A stretch of 63,219 bases of DNA, filler included, from Octopus bimaculoides (Eukaryota), in the NCBI RefSeq assembly GCF_001194135.2. It is 7 parts of 7 records of this genome, joined end to end, with 100 filler letters (N's around TTAATTAATTAA, not from the genome) between each part and the next. Parts side by side here need not be neighbours in the genome. Positions count along the whole stretch, not along the records: positions 50,256 to 55,731 come from NC_069007.1; positions 55,832 to 59,001 come from NC_068981.1; positions 59,102 to 63,219 come from NC_068982.1; 4 more parts are not named here. The stretch is one strand, 5' to 3'. Made by a program: the position numbers and the translations under genes. This document shows positions 54,431-63,219 of this stretch, piece by piece; positions within the stretch are counted from its first letter, which is position 1; every line of letters begins with the position of its first letter. The notes beneath the pieces were generated by a model that saw only the letters and a list, made by a program, of their open reading frames with translations, searched no databases and was not told the origin of the DNA.

Positions 54431-54612
54431 TTTCAGCACACACACTTGTATCCATACATGATAATTTTATTAACCTTATTAACATCAATATTGCAGTGTT
54501 TTATTTCCAGTAAATATAATTCAATCTTCTATTTTATGTTAAACCCAATTGGTTATTAATCTGCTCATTTTTATATTATGAACTCATTTTTACGAACTCA
54601 TTTTTGTTACAG

Positions 54613-54684
54613 AAATTTAGGACATAATGAAATCACTACTATTGAAGAAGGAAGTTTTGAGAATCTTTTCCGGTTAAAAAAGTT
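54613..54684 (+). CDS. LRR exon C (72 bp, phase 2-2): (L)NLGHNEITTIEEGSFENLFRLKK(L)
   Basis: tttttgttacag acceptor, gtaagt donor, exactly 72 bp, typical-class LRR; junction TT+A gives Leu. Confidence 0.92.
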
Positions 54685-55831
54685 GTAAGTTGGATCAGTC
54701 TTGTTGACACCCTTTTCATTGACGATATCTAAATATTTAATGTTTCCCCTTCTCCTCCTATCTCCATCAGTCTGTCTCTTTGGCTGTCAGTCTCTTTGTA
54801 TGTTATATTTGCACACACACATATACGTCATATCTATGCGCCTGTATATATGCTCATAGGAATGTGGTTCTGTAAGTTGTGTGTAAGGAGGTGTGCGTGT
54901 GTGTGTGTTTGAGAGAGCATATGTGTATACGGAGGTGTCTGTCTGTTTTCTTGTGCGCGTATATATGTATGTATATGTGTAAGAGTGTGAATTGGGGTGA
55001 GAGTCTAGTGTATCTGCTACATCTTAACCATGTTTTCGTCATCCTCTTTTTCTCCTCATTCTTTTCTTTCTTCTTTTCCTATTCTTTTTCGTTCTCGCTC
55101 TTCTCCAATATTATCGCCGTCATCTTTAACTATAGTACTACATGATAAGTCTTCCCCTATTTCATTATCAATGATCCGCTGTTGGGCGACGCCCCTTAGT
55201 TATCAGCCAACATCTTGTTTTCCTTTACCAAACCTCATGATTTTATGACTATACCAACTATGATTTCTGTCTGCTCTCTCAGCCCTACCCCTAACAGAAA
55301 ATGCCCTTTATTCTCTCAGCCTTAGATATACAAGTTTTGATAAACTAGTCTATAAATTAAAACTGACCCCATAAAAAACAAATAAAATTAGTGACAGGCA
55401 AAATCTTCTTGACAATTTATTTATCAACTTCTATGTTATAGTAGAGGCAACATGTTCTTTGTTTATCTCCTTAACTTCTTGGAGATTTTAGGTATAATTA
55501 TACTAATGTGTCCATCTGTTCTAATTTAATTAAATTCTATGTCTTTGTGCAGCTGAGGATTGTTCTGCATTTTAAATTGACGTAATGATTACATTGTTCA
55601 ATTAAATGGAGTTGCATGAAACTGCATTACCTCTGCATTACCTCTGCATGAGTTGCATGAAACAGCATGAAACTACATTACCTCTGGATATCCTTGTTGC
55701 TTATTTTGATTTTAATCACCTTACTTTGAAANNNNNNNNNNNNNNNNNNNNNNNNNNNNNNNNNNNNNNNNNNNNTTAATTAATTAANNNNNNNNNNNNN
55801 NNNNNNNNNNNNNNNNNNNNNNNNNNNNNNN

Positions 55832-56186
55832 AAGACGAAAACAATACCTACTGTCATAGGTGCCCTGGGAATGACAGCGAAACGGGCTGATTACTACCTA
55901 GCTCAGATACCAGGAAACCCCAAAATGGCTGAAGTTCAAAAGATAGTGCTCATGGGAACTGCCCATATCCTACGTAAAATACTGTCTATGTGATTTCAAA
56001 TTTTAAAACAAACACATAATTTTCTTATGGTTTCTTAAACATTCACTAGAACAAAACTGTACAAATCCAAATATATGGTACCCTAGGCATAACACCTACA
56101 TGAACTTCTAACTTGTTGTCTCTTGAGATCTCTGGATGAGACTTGGATCCAACTTGTACAAATGCAAAACAAAAGTCAAACATAAA
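55832..56186 (+). mobile_element. R4/Dong-like LINE 3' end, subfamily A
   Basis: KTKTIPTVIGALGMTAKRADYYLAQIPGNPKMAEVQKIVLMGTAHILRKILSM*, then 3' UTR, then (TAA)n. Confidence 0.9.
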
Positions 56187-56205
56187 ATAATAATAATAAT
56201 AATAA

Positions 56206-58984
56206 GGATCTGTCAATCTTTAACGAAACTAGCAGACAATCAAGACTACTAAGCAAAATGAAGAGAAGAAAAATACTACATAAATACAAAATTACAGAAC
56301 AAGCTATACCTAAGGTAAAAGAACAGTTAAAGCAAGATATCCTCACTAAAGCACAAAGAATCTGCCTGTATGAGAAATGCCAACATTTCTTTGGACAAAA
56401 CAAACAGTTCACCTCCAACTCCAAAAGATTCCACCAAGCACGTGGCAAAAAAAAAATAGAGATCAATGCATCACCAACAGCAGAAAAAGTGGAAGAATTT
56501 TGGAAAGAAATATAGTCAGCAAAGGAACAACCTCAGCAAAGGTCTATCAAAACAACGAACACAGCATCTGAACAACTCTGGACCCCTATAACAACTGAAG
56601 AGGTCACCCAGACACCGCAAAAACTAAGCAACTGGAAGGCACCCGGGCATGGCAAGATGCCCAGCTTCTAGTTAAAATACTTAACAGGAACACATAAAAA
56701 GCTGGCTGAGAAATTTAATGGAATACTAGTAGAGCTAGAGACAATGCCTGAATGGCTCATGGAAGGGAAAGCTATCCTAATTCCAAAATCTATTGAAATG
56801 GCAAACCCACAAATTTACAGACCAAGAACTTGTCTCCTTACAATTTACAAAGCCTTCACTGCAATAATATCACAGAGAATGGGCAAGAATCTGGAAGAAA
56901 ACAACCTGTTTCCAGAAGAGCAGAAGGGATGCTGCAAGGGTTCATATGGCTGTAAAGATCAGCTACTGATCAATAAAGCCATAACTGAAGACAGTCTCAG
57001 AAAGAAGAATGGTCTGAGTGTGGCCTGGATCGACTACCGAAAGGCTTTTGATAGCGTTCCCCACACATGGATCCTAGAAACACTTGCCATAAACAAGGCA
57101 GCACCAATAATCATAAAATATATAATACATTCCATGAATAAATTGCAGACAGTGTTAGAGCTCCAAACAAAAGAGGGACTCATAAAAACCAAAGCCATCC
57201 CCATTAGAAGAGGAACATTCCAGGGAGACACACTCTCTCCACTCCTTTTCTGCTTGGCACTGACACTTTTATCTGACATGCTAAACAGAACTGGATGTGG
57301 ATACGATTGTTACAGCAAAATAATCAGCCACCTCTTATAGATGGATGATCTAAAACTGTACACTACAAATGATAAACAACTGGCAATGTTACTATAGACA
57401 GCACATGAACTAACCAAAGAAATAAGCATGAAATTTGGCTCAGAAAAATGTGCCAAAGCAACCTTGAAAAGAGGAAAACTAGTTCAGAGTTAGCAACATC
57501 ACACTAGATAAAGCAAATGAAATAAGAGAATTAGACCAAAGCCTGACATACAAATACTTAGGAATCAATGAACTAGATACAATACAAAGCACACAAATGA
57601 AAGAGAAAATACAAAAAGAAATACTATAGACAAGTTAGATTAATACTGAAAACAGTGCTAAATGTGAAAAACAAGATAATAGGTTTTAACACTCTAGCCA
57701 TCCCAGTTGTAAGTTACAGCTACAATATTCTTCACTGGACTCTAAATGGACTAATCAAAATAGAGAGGAAAACGAGAAAAATAATGACAGGATTTAGCAT
57801 GCACCACCCAAAATATGACATAGAAAGGTTATATATACAATGTATCAAAGGTGGTAGAGGACTTATATGACTAGAAAACTATTATAAAATAACCAGCATA
57901 GGACTGTAAAAATACCTACTTCAGAAGCAAGCAAAACTAATACAAATAGCTACAAAATACAAATGAAACAAAAAGCTGTTTTCAGTCTTTAAGGAAGCTG
58001 ACAAATACAAAAAGAAAGTCATGGTACTTAACAACTATGAAGAAAAAGAAGAAACAATGAAGGCTGTAAAACAACCGAAATCCAAACTAAAACTGGAACA
58101 GCAACGGACCATGATAAAACGATGGCAAGAAATGCTCCTTCGTGGCAATTACTGGGCTAAACTAAAGACAGAAGAAATAGACAGAGAAAGATCCCAGCAA
58201 TGGTTGAGAAGCTCAGGACTCAAAGCAGAGACTGAAGGATTTTTAATTGCTGCACAAGATCAAAGCCTCCCCACCAGAAATTACTAAAAACGTGTAATAT
58301 AAAAAAACACAACAAATAATTGCAAAATATGTGGAGATGGACAAGAAACAATGAACCATTTTATCTTTGGCTGCCCAGTCCTGGCTAAGAAGCAATATAT
58401 TCACAGACACGACAGAGTTGGGACCTACATACACTGGAAGCTATGCCAACATTATGGAATAACAACAGAAAAAAGATGGTATAGGCACACGCCAGAAAAG
58501 GTCACAGAAAGTGAGAAAGCAACCATATATGCCAATACACACAGATAGAGAAATTAAGGCCAATAGGCTGGATATAGTTGTTAGAGATCACCAAGAAAAA
58601 AAAAAATGCTTTCTAATTGATGTATCAATACCAACAGATGACAACGTTTCCCTAAAAGAAATGGAGAAACCTTCAAAATACAAAGACCTGGAAATAGAGG
58701 TAACTCGAAGTGGAATCTAAAAACAGAAACAATTCCTATCATAGTAGGTGCCTTAGGTATAATAAAAAAATATTCAGACAAATACATAACAAAAACACCA
58801 GGACTTACAAATATATATAACATACAGAAAATTGCACTACTGGGTACTGCACACATTCTACGCAAAACACTTTCAATACAGTAAACATAAGAGCACCACA
58901 GCAAACCACAGCACATACCCAAGGCACACAGAGCTGCGCTCAGTAGTGAAGTGAAAGCACGTTATAAAAATAAAACTACTGAAC
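56206..58984 (+). mobile_element. R4/Dong-like RLE LINE, subfamily B, 5'-truncated, degenerate RT-CCHC-RLE ORF (stop at 58882-58884)
   Basis: AWIDYRKAFDSVPH, RGTFQGDTLSPLLF, L*MDDLKL (decayed YMDD), CKICGDGQETMNHFIFGC zinc knuckle, RHDRV, RLDIVV...LIDVSIP, KYKDL (PD-(D/E)xK); (TAA)n on both sides. Confidence 0.96.
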
Positions 58985-59101
58985 AATAATAATAATAGAA
59001 CNNNNNNNNNNNNNNNNNNNNNNNNNNNNNNNNNNNNNNNNNNNNTTAATTAATTAANNNNNNNNNNNNNNNNNNNNNNNNNNNNNNNNNNNNNNNNNNN
59101 N

Positions 59102-59284
59102 TAAAGCAAACACATAATTTTCTTATGGTTTCTTAAACATTCACTTGAACAAAACTGTACAAATCCAAATATATGGTACCCTAGGCATAACACCTACATG
59201 AACTTCTAACTTGTTGTCTCTTGAGGTCTCTGGGTGAGACTTGGATCCAACTTGTACAAATGCAAAACAAAAGTCAAACATAAA
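59102..59284 (+). mobile_element. R4/Dong-like 3' UTR, second copy of subfamily A
   Basis: Near-identical to about 56010-56186 and followed by (TAA)n. Confidence 0.9.
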
Positions 59285-59305
59285 ATAATAATAATAATCA
59301 TAATC

Positions 59306-59352
<47 letters not shown>

Positions 59353-59360
59353 CATCATAA

Positions 59361-59553
59361 TAGACTAACTGAGGGACCTGCGCCCCACCTGCAAGGTCAT
59401 GCGCGTTGTTTATTCTTGATATGAAATCCCCATATCGCGCACATATGGTTATGATGTATGTGCCTGGTGATGCATGTGCCTCATGATGGGCATATTGGGC
59501 TTCGTATACTTGTACCCAGTGTCACTTTGATAGCATGCGCTGCTCTCTCACTC
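59361..59553 (+). mobile_element. SINE-like fragment between (TAA)n tracts
   Basis: 3' part matches 28125-28206. Confidence 0.65.
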
Positions 59554-59572
59554 AATAATGATGACAATGATG

Positions 59573-59652
<80 letters not shown>

Positions 59653-59657
<5 letters not shown>

Positions 59658-59824
59658 TAACATACAGAAAATTTCACTACTGGGCACTGCACACATCCTA
59701 CGCAAAACACTTTCAATACAGTAACCATAAGAGCACCACAGCAAACCACAGCACATACCCAAGGCGCACAGAGCTGTGCTCGGTGGTGAAGTGGAAGCAC
59801 GTTATAAAAATAAAACTACTGAAC
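59653..59824 (+). mobile_element. R4/Dong-like short 3' fragment, second copy of subfamily B
   Basis: YNIQKISLLGTAHILRKTLSIQ* plus 3' UTR, homologous to 58815-58984; embedded in (TAA)n. Confidence 0.9.
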
Positions 59825-60787
59825 AATAATAATAATAATAATAATAACGATAATTTATATTGATTTTATTCCTATTGTTGTGAATGATGATGATGTAGCT
59901 GTGAGTTTTATGAATTTATTAAAGAGAATACAATCACATGATTGACAGTCAATAGTAAATTCAGTAAATATTAGAAAAAGCGAGTAAACAGTAATAACCC
60001 TTTATGTTAAAAAGACCTCTCCAAGGGAAGCTACATTGTAAAACATTCCTATCTTTAATTTGTTCATACAGAGCTGTACTGCCGTCGTCGTTGTTGCGTA
60101 TTTTGTATACTGCAAAATTCGTTTCTCAAGCAATTCACCAATCAAAAATAATAGTTTGAAAATAAATAAATAAATAAATACGATCGTTTGAAAATTTCAT
60201 ATATGTAAATGACGGTAAAAGAAACACAATGATTACACAATGGGATTTACTTTGAAAAATACTCCTAACTTTGCAGGCAGGTTGTATGTTGATGTGTGTT
60301 TGTGTTCCTTTTTAAATGTATACAAATATGATACAAAACACGGAAAACAGTTTTTTTTTTTTTGATCTGTGTTTGCTAGTATTTTCCGGAAATGATTGAA
60401 AGACGCAACGTTGCATTCCAGATATGCATATACATATNNNNNNNNNNNNNNNNNNNNNNNNNNNNNNNNNNNNNNNNNNNNNNNNNNNNNNNNNNNNNNN
60501 NNNNNNNNNNNNNNNNNNNNNNNNNNNNNNNNNNNNNNNNNNNNNNNNNNNNNNNNNNNNNNNNNNNNNNNNNNNNNNNNNNNNNNNNNNNNNNNNNNNN
60601 NNNNNNNNNNNNNNNNNNNNNNNNNNNNNNNNNNNNNNNNNNNNNNNNNNNNNNNNNNNNNNNNNNNNNNNNNNNNNNNNNNNNNNNNNNNNNNNNNNNN
60701 NNNNNNNNNNNNNNNNNNNNNNNNNNNNNNNNNNNNNNNNNNNNNNNNNNNNNNNNNNNNNNNNNNNNNNNNNNNNNNNNNNNNNNN

Positions 60788-60843
<56 letters not shown>

Positions 60844-61382
60844 TACATACACAGAAAAAAATAACATATACATATGTATATACATACATATTCCATATGT
60901 ATGTACACACATACACACACATACACCCACACACACGTCCACACACAAACGCACACCGGCATGTGTATATACACAAATGTGAATAAAGCAAGGCTTATTT
61001 TGTTTTATATTCCTAGAGGAGAATACGCGCAGTTATCTGTACATGAAACTGACTGTGCTAAATCACTTGTTACGTTTATAGAGTTACAATTATCACATAC
61101 ATATATGTGTGTACGCGGATGTGTGTGTGCTATGTGCATATGCGTATGTATCTGTACGCATTCAAGCACACATATATTTACTGACATATATACTAACATA
61201 TTTATATGCACATTACATATGTATGCATATGTGTGTGTATTTTTTTTTTTATTACTAATCAGTAGAAGTTTCAAAAATCTATATTATTCACATTAAATTT
61301 TTTGTTTTCCTGTTTGTATCACCATACCTCTCGCTCACTCTTCCTCTCTCTCCCACTCTCCCTTTCTCTCTACATACATACA

Positions 61383-61450
<68 letters not shown>

Positions 61451-61491
61451 CATATATAGAAGCATGTATCATATATATATATATATATATA

Positions 61492-61936
61492 CTAGGTGAA
61501 AGGTAACTCCCTATTTCAAAATACTTATAAATTATTTAGTAATTGTAATTTTTTACTCAAATTTTTTTGTGCTTGTTTTTTAAAGTTTGAGCAGTTAATC
61601 TGTCATCGTATTGCTCTTGTTCATGAATGGCTGAATGCCCTTTTCCCCGGGAGATGGGTCGTTGTAGCCCGTACGAGTGGCAAACCAGGAGTCCCGACTT
61701 AACACTCTTTTGCGATGCAAGTTATGCCTTGCATCCCACAAGAGTACCTGGTGAAATCAGAAGGCGCAATTCATGGGCGACTCAAGAACGTGGTGGCGGC
61801 ATCTGGAGCCCAATCGAATTTTAAATAAGACCTCATACTAAAAGCTTTCCTCTCATATTCATTTTTTTCTGTAAAAATTTCAATTAATAAATAATTTATA
61901 AGTATTTCAATAGGCAGTTACTTTTCAACCACCCTA
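61492..61936 (+). mobile_element. Internally deleted Tc1/mariner-superfamily element (DD41D/rosa-like motifs)
   Basis: About 45-bp TIRs (..aaaggtaactccctatttcaaaatacttataaattattta and its inverse at the right end) in TA context; HEWLNALFPGRW...EWQTRSPDLT resembles FPxRWIGR...WPPRSPDLTPLD. Confidence 0.72.
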
Positions 61937-62204
61937 TATATATAAATATAAATATATATATGTGTACACACACACACACTAGTATCATAACACGATTTCA
62001 TTCGGATCTCCTCGGGCCACATTTTAAAGATGAGGAATTTTGCCCTAGAGGGCTTTCAATTGAGCAACCTCAAAGTTGCCATGCAAACGCCCCAGTAATT
62101 TTAACATAGGTGTGCAAATTTTCAGGTCAATCCGACCTCATTTACTAACACTTTTGCCTGCACAACTGCCTGTGAAACAACGTCTGCCCTTTTCACAAAT
62201 ATAT

Positions 62205-62459
62205 AGTAGATACATATGGTTCACTTCCTGCGCTGGCAACCCTTCGCCAATGAAGAAGAGGTCGAAGCTTCAGTGAAGACATTCTTCAGGTCAAAGGACA
62301 AGAATTGGTATCAACGTGGGATCAAAGAACTGGCAGAAAGGTGGCTTCAAATGATGGAACACGATGGCCTCTACTTTGAATGCTAGGCTGCTTTTATTGT
62401 AACTTCACGAATACAGCAAACAAGTTACCAAATACTGCAAAACTTTTGAATCAACGCAA
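62205..62459 (+). mobile_element. mariner 3' fragment with 3' ITR
   Basis: PFANEEEVEASVKTFFRSKDKNWYQRGIKELAERWLQMMEHDGLYFEC*, then ctgcaaaacttttgaatcaacgcaa|ta. Confidence 0.85.
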
Positions 62460-62608
62460 TATATACACACACACATATATAAATATACATATACATACAT
62501 ATTTATTAATTTCTTTAAAAAAAACTACATAAAGTATGAAAATAAAGTAAATGAAATTCAGTTTTTTTATATGTATTTTTTATACGTATTAATATAAATA
62601 TGCATATG

Positions 62609-62610
<2 letters not shown>

Positions 62611-62693
<83 letters not shown>
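62611..62693. repeat. (TG)n microsatellite
   Basis: Pure TG run. Confidence 0.97.
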
Positions 62694-62699
<6 letters not shown>

Positions 62700-62902
62700 G
62701 CGCGTGCGTGTGTGTGTATTAACATGTGCTTATAGTTTTGTGTAAGTGTGCAGAAAGTGTACAGCTAATAAAATATATTTCGACGTCAGGTTCATTTGCA
62801 CTGAAACGAAGAAAGCAAATTTATGGATTCTTGCTTTTTTAAACTTAAATTCAACATAAACTTCCATCAATAATGTAGGGAAACATATAAGTAAAAGATA
62901 AA

Positions 62903-62957
<55 letters not shown>

Positions 62958-63219
62958 AGTCACCCAGAAATATCATTTCATAAATATGTGTACATATAAA
63001 ATATATAGACATATCCATTCACGTATATATGTGTACATATATACATACAAACATATATATATATATATGTATATATATATGTCCATATATACATGCACAC
63101 GCACACATATCGTATGTATACATATATTTACACACACACGCATGCACACACACATGCACATGCACACACAAACGCGCGCACACACTCACGCACACACACA
63201 GACATATATATATATATAT

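Overview
AT-rich, gap-ridden, microsatellite-dense eukaryotic genomic DNA. The interspersed repeats resemble families I recall from Octopus, so a cephalopod origin is an inference. There is no prokaryotic content or CRISPR array, and no intact RNA gene. Most of the window is decayed transposons: RTE, L1/Tx1-like and R4/Dong-like LINEs; mariner, Tigger/pogo, hAT MITEs and Helitron pieces; and many SINEs. The only host-gene signal, which the ORF track misses, is three 72-bp phase-2 leucine-rich-repeat exons on the + strand (50840-50911, 51069-51140, 54613-54684). Their intron flanks are clearly homologous and locally more conserved than the exons. Other notable structures: an 841-bp foldback element with a 6-bp TSD around head-to-head telomere-like repeats (38395-39235); an RTE LINE with a twin-priming-type inversion and candidate TSD (6380-9029); a (TAA)n hotspot with four Dong-like insertions (55832-59824); two hAT MITEs sharing one TSD; and a near-perfect 183-bp hairpin. 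All coordinates and identities are hand-read, and element ends may be off by a few bases.
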